A DNA stretch of 63,128 nucleotides, counting the filler, from Sphacelaria rigidula (taxonomy: Eukaryota): NCBI GenBank assembly GCA_964200075.2. It is 7 parts of 7 records of this genome, joined end to end, with 100 filler letters (N's around TTAATTAATTAA, not from the genome) between each part and the next. Parts side by side here need not be neighbours in the genome. Positions count along the whole stretch, not along the records: positions 9,034 to 17,966 come from CAXNAA020009714.1; positions 18,067 to 26,999 come from CAXNAA020009715.1; 5 more parts are not named here. One strand, given 5' to 3'. How positions within the stretch are numbered: position 1 is the first letter of the stretch; the number at the start of each line of letters is the position of its first letter. A program made the position numbers and the translations under genes. Positions 12,191 to 22,736 of the stretch are shown here, one piece after another. Under the pieces are notes generated by a model. That model saw only the letters and a list, made by a program, of their open reading frames with translations, was not told where the DNA came from and searched no databases.

Positions 12191-12949
12191 TTGCGGAGCG
12201 TTTTCGGTGCTCGGAGTTCTGAACTAAGTTTTTCACATCGCTGTGGCTGTAAACGACACTTTTCTAATACACGGACATCCTACAATTCCAAAGAACACTC
12301 CCCTGGTAACCGGCCTGAAGGCTATAATCGAACACGCAAGGGGGGTGTGACAGCAGTCGAAGTTCTAGTTGGAGAGCACGTGGCAGCAGCTGCAGCGACA
12401 GCAGCAAATACTACAGACGTGCCCACCCACTCCTCCTCAAGTTCCCCGCATGATATTTGTGTGAAACTCTGCCGAATACAGAGCAGGCGACTGTCGTCAG
12501 AAATGCACGAGGACCCGACCAAGGCTTCCGTAGAAGAGGGGCAAGAAGCTGTTGCAGGGGTGGCAGCAACTGCGGAAGCGGCTGAAACAACACCGGTAGT
12601 GGAGCCAAAAGCAGAAGCAGAGTTGAAAGCAAAAGCAGCAGCAGCAGCAGCAGAAGCAGAAGCAAGGGCGGTAGAAGAAGCCAAAGCCAAAGCAGCAGCA
12701 GCAGCAGCAGCAGAAGAAGAAGAAGCACAAACCCAAATAGCGGCAGAAGCACGAGCACGGGCAGCAGCTGACCGAAGAGATGCCTCCGATGTCGGAGAAG
12801 AGAAGGTTGAACCCGGTACATCACTGCTGTTACTACAAAGCGGTAACGGGGATAACCATACAGAAGAAGTTGACGATGACGACCACGCCCTGATGTACTC
12901 CGGGCCCGTCCGAGATTTCACAGAATTAGAGGAGATGAAGAACAAGTAG
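12191..12949 (+). CDS. Possible exon of an Ala/Glu/Lys-rich coiled-coil protein of unknown function
   Basis: Stop-free 252-codon frame with KAKAAAAAAEAEARAVEEAKAKAAAAAAAEEEE from GCA/GAA triplet runs. No recognisable domain; boundaries uncertain. Confidence 0.35.
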   Translation: MRSVFGARSSELSFSHRCGCKRHFSNTRTSYNSKEHSPGNRPEGYNRTRKGGVTAVEVLVGEHVAAAAATAANTTDVPTHSSSSSPHDICVKLCRIQSRRLSSEMHEDPTKASVEEGQEAVAGVAATAEAAETTPVVEPKAEAELKAKAAAAAAEAEARAVEEAKAKAAAAAAAEEEEAQTQIAAEARARAAADRRDASDVGEEKVEPGTSLLLLQSGNGDNHTEEVDDDDHALMYSGPVRDFTELEEMKNK

Positions 12950-14129
12950 AAGGCCATTATGGTGACGGGGGCATTCGATTGTTGCAGCAAGTCTCAGAAG
13001 AACTGTGAATGACCTGATGTGGTGTTTCGCTCCAGTCTGCCTTCTCCGACGACGGTCGATCGGTCATGCATCAGCCAGGAATAGGTAATGAGAATATTTT
13101 ACGCCCGCGGGTGTTATCGACAACGAGCTAAAATATCTAACAACTGAAGCATGCCCTTTTATTTGTTGGATAATGCGACAAGTAGATGACTGAAATGAAA
13201 ACAGATATTATTGATCCTGACTGTCATCGGAGGTACCCCCACCAACCCCAAGACGTGAACTGCTAACCCATAACCCTAGAGTAATTTGACGTGGAATCAA
13301 AATACATGAATTCGTGTGATGCCCAATACTGCTAGAGATTTATGTACTGCTAGCGATGTCCCACATGCCAAAAGTGCCACGTGTGGCTCCAAAACTTCTT
13401 GTGCCACTGGTAATGGCGAAAATAACACTTTTTCACGGGACATGATGACGTGTTTAGCGGACGAAATCATTCAAGAGTCAGTCGTTGAATATGTCGCCGT
13501 CGCAATCATGGCGCTGTCATCGCCCTTGCGAACGGTGTCAGCGACTCAGATCGTTTTGTGATCGCATTTCCTTGACGTTGATGGTTTTTGCCCCGCCATT
13601 GTCATCATCTTGTAGGGCTGTGTATTGGGACCAATTCATAGTGGTCAATGTCATGGATGAAAAGCACCCGCAGTTCCCAAGCTCCGATGGGAGACTGACA
13701 CACGGGGAGAGATAGCACCCTGTAGGACACGTCTACAGGGTTTAGCAACCCTGTACAGCATGTGCGAACCTTAGCACCTCTACCAGCATTTTGTATGGCG
13801 TTTTCTCGACACACTCACGGTAAGCAACCCTGATAGGCACTCCCCATTTAAACATTCCAAATTATTTTGTGACAAGATCTGTAGAATTCCAGTTTTCCGC
13901 ATGAAAAAATGGTGTCATCTCCGACTTTTGATCATGTCACATAGATTTCTTGTGACAGAAAATCTGCGGCAGAAGACTTCGTTTTTTGTATAATGTTGGC
14001 AGTACAACGCAGTACAGTATCATAGATAGTACAGAGAATTACACTGAACACAATACAGAAGTCCAAGAGTGTTAATAGAAAATTTTAGAACCGGCGGTAG
14101 ACTACATAAATAAAGTGCACTGCGTACAG

Positions 14130-14840
14130 AACACAGAAGCCCAACAGTATTTTCAGAGCTTTTACAACCGGAGAGTTGGTAGCTATCGAGATGAACTTCA
14201 TGAACCGCATTTAGCAGTCCCGACGGCCAATAGAAGTGTACTGCGTACACAACACAGAAGTCCAACAGTGTTTTTGGAGCTTTGTTGAACCGAAATTAGA
14301 AGTCATGGGGATGAACTTCATCAACCGCATCCAGCAGTCCCAACGGCGGGCGGGTATGTGCTTTGTACAGTGTAGGAGCGGAGAGACTGTTGCTCCGGTG
14401 CGCAGTACACTTTTCCCCCACAACCACCGCCGGCCCTTTTCCTACATCAAATGCGTTGTCGTCAAACAAACAGCATTCTGTCACACAAAAAGTAGCTTGC
14501 GAAGAACCAAGTAGTCAAGAGTTTTCCCCGTCAAGAATACACCCCAGCACCACAGCGCTAACACATACACTTTACAGTACGACTACTACTGTCTGTAGTG
14601 TTGGAGAGTTGGTAGCCATGGAGATGAACTTCATCAACCTCATTCACCAGTCCCGACGACGGGCGGGGAGGGTAGAAGTGTACTGCGTACAGTGTAGGAG
14701 CGAAGAGGCTGTTGCTCCGGTACGCAGTACACTTTTGCCCTACAACCACGCCAACACATACACTTTGCAGTGCGACGAGTACTGTCTGTAGTGTTGGGGA
14801 GTTGGTAGCCATGGAGATGAACTTCATCAACCGCAATTTG
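14130..14840. repeat. Degenerate tandem array of ~110-190-bp units
   Basis: gagttggtagccatggagatgaacttcatcaaccgcat...cagtcccgacg...gaagtgtactgcgtaca recurs at ~14170, 14290, 14605 and 14798. Confidence 0.75.
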
Positions 14841-14849
14841 TGAATTCAT

Positions 14850-15305
14850 CCTTCGTGCGGGATCATCCCACCGGACGTTGGTCTTTGGAATTTCCTGTCT
14901 TTCTCGGCCGTCAAAGCCCCCGACCGCCTATTTATTTCGTCGAGTGCTGTTGCCGCGGACACGGTGATTGGTGTTCCGCCCTACGCGTCGAGAGCTCTTA
15001 CTTTAGGCGTAGAATGCTCCTTGGTCTCGGCTGTGTACCTCATCTGGGGGAGTGCTCACTACGTCACACAGTTCCGTTTGCGGGGGAGGTGGTTCAGGTA
15101 CGATTGCACTAGTGGGGGTAGCACTACCGCGTCCGCCTTGTTCGATAGCCAATGGCACACCGGGAGACAGTTTGTACGTGTACGTCAAGACGAATCTACA
15201 AGTAGTGATCGGGGATAGTACAGGGGAACCTAGCGATAACTTGCCGGGCAACGACTCCGGCCCAAGCTCTGCCTTCCTGCGGACCCTTGCGAACGTGGAA
15301 CGACG
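14850..15305 (+). pseudogene. Second copy of the Helitron C-terminal USP-like His-box region
   Basis: LTLGVECSLVSAVYLIWGSAHYVTQFRLRGRWFRYDCTSGGSTTASALFDSQWHTG is clearly paralogous to 37271-37765(-). Confidence 0.8.
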
Positions 15306-15723
15306 TCGTGTGGCTATATATATTCACGCGTGCGAGACGCGAGAGCTTCAGTGGTTGTATACTTTATATATTTCAACTGTTTCTTCCCGTGTCTCTACTT
15401 GTTTGCCGATTATGCTCCTTTTCCATCATTACAAAGGAAAAGAAAGTTGAAAGCACGATGCAAAGCACAGCAATCCATCGTTTATTCAGCAGAAGATGTT
15501 CGAAATAAATCCTCTTCTTGCCCAATCAATTTCCCATATTGGGCAAAAAGGGGATTTGTTTCGGACAGCTTCTGCTGTATAAATCTCGTACACTGGCAGA
15601 TCTGGAATTTGTACAGCAGAAGCTCTGCTCGAAATAAATCCCCACTTCACCCGCCAATTCATCCAGAAATTGGGCGAAAAAAGAACTTATCGCGAACAGC
15701 CTCAGCTATGCAAGGCCCACATA

Positions 15724-17778
15724 CTGTTATGGGGGCGCCTGATCCCCCAAAATGAGCCAAAAAAATGTCACCGACCAAAAGCACGAACTGACCGGAGATG
15801 AAGTTCAACCTCTGAATATGCACGCCGCAAAATCCCTCAAAGTACTTGTGATTGGAGTAGGGTTTTCATTCCACGCTTTATAAGTTTTCTTGTTCCGGAG
15901 GACGAACCACGGCATGGCTCGGCTACCCACCGCCGTGTATTTTTTCTAGCTACAGTTGTACCGGTTCGTTTTACCCAAGACGTTACGGTGCTCGAGAAAA
16001 TCGCAAAAAAAACTATGTTTTCTTCACTTAATTCATTATAAAACTCGCATCCTGATAAAATAAAACATTTCAACCCGTATACTTGTAGCTGTCTTCTTGG
16101 TGCAGATGATGCAAAAACCGCATCCCAATCAATGGCCGTGGCGATGAGTAATCTCCGAGACAGATTGGGCTGTGATCGTAAACACGCACCCCCAACCCTC
16201 GCCGGTCTCAACAAAACGCGAAACCCTCACCCCTTTTGTAACGGCCTCGGAATAGATGACACCCTTGACTGACTCGTAATATTGCAGATGGTTGATACCT
16301 CGGATATGTGGAATGTTGCAGGATTTGAACCTTCGACCGAGTCCTCAGAAGTAAGAATCATCTTCGCGACCTCGCAGCAGCGGAGAGAACAAATTATAAG
16401 ACTGGCTCTAACGAAGGCATACTGAGAATCATTGTGCAAAGCGGGTGCAACGCGTTTCGTAGGCGAAGGGTGCGTTGCCAGACCTCGAATCGGCGCCCCA
16501 GGCGCCGATTTAGACAAGGACGCGTTCTGGGACGCTAGTACAATGCTGGGAGCTCAGCCCCCATGAAAGATCCGGATTTCAATTTTTACACCAAGATCAA
16601 GATTGACCGACTCACGCTCCCGAATGGGAAAGTATACTGCGCCAAGACGACACAAAGTCGTCGGCCCACTTTCGCTGAAGCCACATGGCACCGAAGCTCC
16701 AATCATGTCTTTCAGTGGACCCACCCATCCTAAGACACACATCTGTTGTATCGGCAATGGTGGGTGACGAACGACCGTTTGTTTTCATTCCTTCTTGCAA
16801 AACAACATCCTTGGAGTCAGATGAACCCCCCTAGACCGCGAGGGTAGTCCATCTGGACCATGCATACTTTTTTCAAGTGAGAAATGATGCCAATTCAGAA
16901 TGTGACCAAACCGTCGCGGTCAAAGAGCTAATTAATATCATACTCATCAAATGAAAAGCCATGCCCACGGAGCAACAAATACACTTTGAAACGCGAGTCA
17001 TTCGTCCGACAAAAGTTGTGGAATCATCGCAGGCGATAAATCAAGCTCCTCAAACCATGACGAGGTGGTGGACCAACACCCGCCCAGCTCACATACACAC
17101 CCGGTGACTATTTGTACTCCACTCGTTTGTGTAGGGCCGTCCTCGTTGAAGTTCATCAGTAGTACATCTGACTTTGTCGCATGTTGGGCACATCATGTTG
17201 ACCCAACGTCGATCCGCCCAAAAATGGTTCAGCTTCCTGGTTTCACTTACCGGCGTTGGGCTACAAATGTTCATGGTTGATATTGCTTGATTTGAGTGCG
17301 TACAACGAGAATCGGAATTTTAGTGGGGCTGACGGTCCCGTGTACTCCTCGGGTGCGCACAACGCGTTTTCGTTGAAATCTGCGCCACAGAAGCCGATTT
17401 GAGGTCTACCAAGGCCTCACATTCTTCAAACAATGTATGTACCGCCCTTGCCCGAGTGTTCACGGTGTGCGTTGGGTTGGATCAACCCAATCAGCCCCCT
17501 TGCATGCCAGGGTATCGCAAGTGTGGACGAAAGGTGACGCAGTGGCATGTAATATATGAGGAACAACGGAAATAACGATAGGGCTCTCGTTCAGACGGCA
17601 GTCCACTTTTTTTCGATATGACTTTTGAATCCATGCCGTTCTCTTCCGATGACGTGAGGCGCATTTTACTTCACGAGTCTGGAAAAGCCCCAGAAGTCGG
17701 TCTGTTCGTGTCCGTTCGTGCTTTTGGTCGGTGACACTTTTTGGGCTCATTTTGGGGAGTCAGGCGCACCCATAACTG
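15724..17778 (-). mobile_element. Tc1/mariner-type DNA transposon, decayed (~2.05 kb)
   Basis: ~70-bp TIRs (15724-15790 and 17711-17778; C(T/A)GTTATGGG(G/T)GCGCCTGA...CACCGACCAAAAGCACGAAC) flanked by TA on both sides. Weak transposase remnant (VNLDLG) on the minus strand; strand assignment tentative. Confidence 0.8.
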
Positions 17779-18066
17779 TATACTGTAATCGGCGTATGAG
17801 ATTCGAGAGGCGCAAGAAATTATTGAAAACTCATCCTTTTGCTCCCCGATTCACGTGTCACTTGGGGCAATAAGGGAATTTCCAACACAATGTGCTACTA
17901 ACAGCCGATTTTATATTTTGGGGTTCAAACAAAATATGGGGCTGAAGTGGCATATCTGTCTTTCTCNNNNNNNNNNNNNNNNNNNNNNNNNNNNNNNNNN
18001 NNNNNNNNNNTTAATTAATTAANNNNNNNNNNNNNNNNNNNNNNNNNNNNNNNNNNNNNNNNNNNN

Positions 18067-18285
18067 TGTTGTTTACTCACGTTCTCACGCTTTCCACGGT
18101 GGATATCATACACTACGAAGAAAAAACTCAACGCGTCGGGAATGGAACCCCTGTTCTCTCCACCCTAATGACGCCAGTGCTCCGTCTCGAAAGGGATGCG
18201 TGGTCAATGGTCAAATGACTAAGGCAAGCAACAAATGAGTACGCTAATGACGCCAGTCGGACAATTACACCACCGGGGCGCGGCA
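18067..18285 (-). mobile_element. 5' part of a tRNA-derived SINE (family of 51213-51540), interrupted by a LINE 3'-end insertion
   Basis: Reverse complement matches 51213-51348 (A-box TGGTGTAAT, B-box GGTTCCATTCC) once 18179-18257 is removed. Confidence 0.8.
18179..18243 (+). mobile_element. 65-bp 5'-truncated LINE 3'-end insertion with a 14-bp TSD
   Basis: TSD ctaatgacgccagt at 18165-18178 and 18244-18257. The insert matches the LINE 3' end at ~35840-35902. Confidence 0.9.
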
Positions 18286-19099
18286 CACGTTCTGTACCAT
18301 GTTAACGTCAAAGTCACGTTCCACGTCCTTCTCAACCCTTTTGAAACTCACAATGGAAAATTAGTCATTTGCAACTGACGGTTTTTGAGCAAGATATGGT
18401 TGATGGTTCACAGCTTAGACGGAACAATATTCGCTCAACGCGTATTTTCCAGACCCGTGCGTGTGGCGAGTGGAACAAAAGAAGGTTTCCTATTTTCTTA
18501 AGAAGCGGCCTTATTGCGGCGAGGTCCACGACCCGTCTGCCTTTTTTTCTGCACTCATGAGCTCCTTCCCCCGCCACAGTGCGCGGCAAGCCTATGTGAA
18601 GCATGCTTCCCGTCTAACCTTTACGCCGTTCCCGCTGCAGTTTATACTCTTTGCAGCGTCATAGCAACAAGGGCAACGCCGATGGCACATTCGTCATATT
18701 AATGAACTGGCGGTGAATTACTATTCCAGGCAGCCACCTTTCCGTGCCGCCGGGGGTGCTGCGATACTGTCCTGTACAGTACTGGGTGTGTTTACAGCAG
18801 TTTGAAGGAACTCGACTGCAGACTTACGTCATGCACAACATCGCGCTCATGCACGTTCCGACAGCACCATCTCGCCGTTTGAAAAAATGCGTAAAGGCGA
18901 CGCAGACACCATGTGCCCTGCAGTTATGCACCGTCACTGTGGTGTAGAGTCCGCGAAGTGCCGGCGCCCCAGGGGTGATGCCTTACTGCTTCGTGTAATA
19001 TCTGTATCGTGTTTTGAAAATATTTCTGTAAAACGCGAGGCATGCACAGAACTGCGCTCTGTCAAACACGTGCCGACTACATCATACTGCGGGCTGACT

Positions 19100-19900
19100 A
19101 TTACACAACGGCGTAGCGAAAGGCACAGTTGCTAATCTCCCCCTTCTTCCGATCCAAGACGTCGCCCATAATCTTCCATGGTCAGCATTCGCTGTCCAAG
19201 GCGAACGATTCGTCCGGCAAGCAGGAGTCGCCGTCTCCACATTGCCGTGTCGATGGTCTCGCAATCCGTCCTCTCGAGAGCTTTCATGTAGGGAATGGCA
19301 TTATGCGTTGATCGTGCGGAATTGTCGGATACACCCCGGTAGCAGTCGGTGGTGCGTCGCAAGTAGTTTACCGTAGTCGATTTTTTTTTTGACGGTCACG
19401 TTGAGGAGCCATAGAGTAGGACTTGCACCAGTTCGGCGTGTAGCCTCTGTCCTTGTGCACTCGATCGAACTTCCTGTACCATCACCACGCGGGTCGGATT
19501 CGGCGTCCGATCTCGTGGACTGTCCCGGCCACTCCGCTGATGGACGTTCCTATAATGGGTACACCAATTTCCCCGTCTGGTCATACCGTTTCCCCGCTGC
19601 CTTGATGTCTACTGTACCCGCTTTGTGGTGCGGTACAGGCATGCACATGATCTCCGCGTGCTTCTCCGACACGGGCAGTCCATCTGCTTCGCACTGTCGG
19701 GCAACGGTTGCCATCATCTTGGCAAGCAACCTTGCCTGTGACCCTGGCACAACCCCACCATCATTGGCGTGTAACCTAGCCCACAGCTGCTGGCAAAATG
19801 CATTTTGTCTCTCCTACTCTCCAGCAAGCATCTCTTCGTACTATGACCTACCCCGAACTGAATGGCTAACTTCAAGCGTGAATCTTCGCTTGTGGGTATG
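19100..19900 (-). mobile_element. RTE-like non-LTR retrotransposon C-terminal fragment
   Basis: LAKMMATVARQCEADGLPVSEKHAEIMC...GKRYDQTGKLVY and YMKALERTDCETIDTAMWRRRLLLAGRIVRL are typical post-RT RTE segments. Confidence 0.75.
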
Positions 19901-21006
19901 TTTTATGAGCACCTCTCCCCCCTAGTAATAACATGCGCACGCGGGGAGCATTTTTTTTTCTGCTTGTGATGCCAACCGCGCATGTGAAAAAAAAAACGGG
20001 AATGCTTTCTTCCAGGAGACAAGGATAGCAATACAAACCACTTTGTGTTGTTGTCGTGACTCTCCCATGAAAACGTCGATTTCAGAAACCTCGGGTACGC
20101 AGTGACGTGACGAAGTCACTGGATTCTGTGTACGTTGCCCTGTGATGAGTGCATGTGCACATGCGCGTGAAGATATCTGACGAGTTTGTTTTGTGCCTTC
20201 GCTTGCGCAAACCCCAGAATGGGGGGGGGCGTCCTACTGATGGCTGATGGAACAGCTCTTCATGACATTTCGGTTACTGCCGATTTCAACAGCTCTCCAG
20301 ATCAAAACAGAATAGCCAGTAGGTTAGGTATCCTGCAAGTTCGTTTATCCATTTTCATCAGCGTGTGTTTACTACACCTTCTCACCTGGATGGAATGCAT
20401 GCCTGCATCCAAACGCTTTTTCTGCGACGTGCCTGAACACTGCCGTACTTGAGCTGTACCACATGCAACATTCATACATCATGGAGAGTGTTAAATAAAT
20501 GTAGTTGTGCCTCGAGATACAAAAAAAAATGATGAAGAGAAGACGTATGTGAATCGTGTGTTTCGACAGCACAACAATCAGTGTCTGTGCTATCATGTGT
20601 TTATTGCCTTATTGTCTTCTTCCAGTTTTGCCGAAAACTATTCCGAAAACGTCGGTCCTTGTTCTTATGATTGCTCCTGTATATGTTTCAACAGTATTAT
20701 TCGAAAGGAAAAAACCTTGGGGGGTAGTGCAATGATGAAACTAACTCGCAAGCGAATTCTTTCGTTTTACTCGTTTCCGTTTTTTTCTTACCACCCCCCC
20801 CCCCCCCCTTTTTTTTTTTTTTTCTCAAGGGGGGGTTTCGTTGTTCGGGTGGGGGGGGGGTGGGGGGGGGGGGGGGTTTGGGGGGGGTGGNNNNNNNNNN
20901 GTGGTGGGACGGTAAAAATAATCTGCCTGCGAGTGCTTGCTTTTTTTTTTGTTCCGTTTTTTTTTCCCCCCCCCCCCCCCCCCCTTTTTTTTGTGGTGGA
21001 CGAAAG

Positions 21007-22736
21007 GGGACTTTGGGTGTCAGAGGTTGGAGTGGTGGGATACGGGAGAGGAGTTCGAGTGGGATCACAAGCGCTCCATGAGAATGGGCTTCACCGGTGC
21101 GTTTGTGGTGACTCCCATGTCGTTCACATGGAACCTGTTCGCCGAGTGGTGGGCACCTGGCACCACTTGGAAAGCTATCTGCAAGAAGCAGCTTGTGGCC
21201 GCGAGTGTTACATTGCCGATGGTGAGTGTTTAGATTCCTGTTTGAGGCAGTTGAGGGGGTGTGTGTGAAAAGAAACGGTGGAGTGGTTGTATTGCAAGCT
21301 TGACATTTTCACGATTTGAGGTGTTTCTCGTTTGCCACTCTTGCGGGGGGGTGACGACGAGCCAAGTTGCATGGTGGCTTTCCATCGCTTTTTACCCCCG
21401 TTTTTCTTGTGATTGCTGCTGAGTGTGCGTGTGTGTGTTATCGTCCCGTCTATTCTGCACGCCGGTCTATATCCCTAGATGTTTCCATTCTCTTGTGTAT
21501 ATATTTTCAGTACATGCATCCGCCCTGTTTATGTCCCCAGTCTGGCCCGCTGGTGCGAGTGCTCCGTCCCGAAAGGGACGCGCGGTCAATGGTCAAACGA
21601 CAAATGAGTACGCCCTCCCCCCCCCCCCCCCTAGTCCGACGAAACCCGGCGTGCGCCGTCCCGGCTTTGCAGGGATGCGAGGTGAATGAGTGCACCTTCC
21701 CCCGCTTGCCGAGTTTTTTCTTGAGCGAGTTTTCCCCTTTATTTGCTCACCTGAGTATGATGCGCCTATCTTTTTCACGACAGATGAATTCGTCGCAGAT
21801 CAGTGCATGAGAGACAATCAAAGCAATCGATTCAGCCATGGATCGGTCACTCAGCGTGTTGGTTTATGGTATATACGTGCTTGTACGCTTTTCGTAATTT
21901 CACCCCACTTTGTCTCCCTGCCATCTCATGCCTTTGAAATCTACCGCGCACGCAACCTTTTTTGGCCCTCGCCTTCCTCCCCTTATTTTTTATTTTACCT
22001 CTCATTTTTGTCTGTCTATCTGTCTCCCCCCCGCGGCCCTCAATCCCAGCTCTACGCCCAATTCTTCAGCCTGACAATGCTAGAGGAGGGCAAGACGCTG
22101 CAAGACTTCCACCAGCGCGTGGAGCGGGACTGCTTGCCCACTTTCATGAGGGGCCTCTGCTACTGGCCCTTGGTCGGCGTCGTAAACTTCAAGTTTGTGC
22201 CCGTCGTGAACCGTCCGGGCGTCAGCAGCATCGCAGGCCTGTTCTGGAGTATTTACCTGTCCCACCGCGCCAACAGCGAAATGGAGGATGATGATATGGT
22301 TGAAGTGGTCGAGACGCTCGGTCGTGCGACCGTCGTTCGTCCCTTGGAGGAATCTGCTCGGCCGTCATCGGCTGCGGCGGCGGCTATTGCTCCAGCGATG
22401 GCGGCGGAACCCTTGAGCCCCGCAGACGTGGGAAACGAACCTTCTCCGTCTTCCTCGGATATTGCTGTTCTTGCCGGTGGCCTCGCGGGTGGTAGCGTTG
22501 CCGGGTCAGATGCGAGAAGAGGAAAGGAGGCGCGAGCGGCGGGGGTGGTGGGCGGAGTAACGGCGACCGACCGCAGGGGGGTCGTTGACGTTCGAGGGGC
22601 CAATGGAGTAGTTGGAGCGGTGGCGACAGCAGAGGCAGAAGCAGCAGCAAAAGCAGGGGAGGCAGGTGAAACGACCCCTGGTCGGACGAGGAGGAAGAGG
22701 AAGGTGGTGCGGAGGACTACGGTGGTGTCCTACTGA
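21007..22736 (+). CDS. Mpv17/PMP22 family membrane protein, last two exons (~21007-21221 and 22050-22736)
   Basis: GDFGCQ...DHKRSMRMGFTGAFVVTPMSFTWNLFAEWWAPG...KKQL, then donor GTGAGT at 21222, acceptor CAG ending at 22049, then LYAQFFSLTMLEEGK...CLPTFMRGLCYWPLVGVVNFKFVPVVNR...FWSIYLS. The splice is phase-0 consistent. The 5' exon start is uncertain because it lies next to a poorly assembled homopolymer region. Confidence 0.88.
21560..21631 (+). repeat. LINE 3'-end copy with C-tail, inside the Mpv17 intron
   Basis: gctccgtcccgaaagggacgcgcggtcaatggtcaaacgacaaatgagtacg followed by a C-run. Confidence 0.85.

Noticed and set aside
12322-12990. Minus-strand ORFs (poly-Ala/Ser, poly-Leu, poly-Cys)
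   Set aside because: They are shadows of the GCA/GAA triplet runs of the plus-strand ORF.
13560-13725. OTU-like Cys motif (PSELGNCGCFSS) on the minus strand
   Set aside because: Too short and non-canonical, with no in-frame His box.
14130-14840. Repeat-spacer-like array as CRISPR
   Set aside because: The units are long and degenerate and the intervening parts are also homologous. No cas genes; eukaryotic context.
18179-18243. LINE 3' structure as a hammerhead ribozyme (GAAA present)
   Set aside because: There is no CTGANGA core, and the GAAA is a tetraloop that varies to GCAA.
20780-21000. Alternating C/T/G homopolymer tract as a G-quadruplex switch or coding region
   Set aside because: It flanks an N gap and looks duplicated and error-prone; likely a low-quality assembly of a C-run region.
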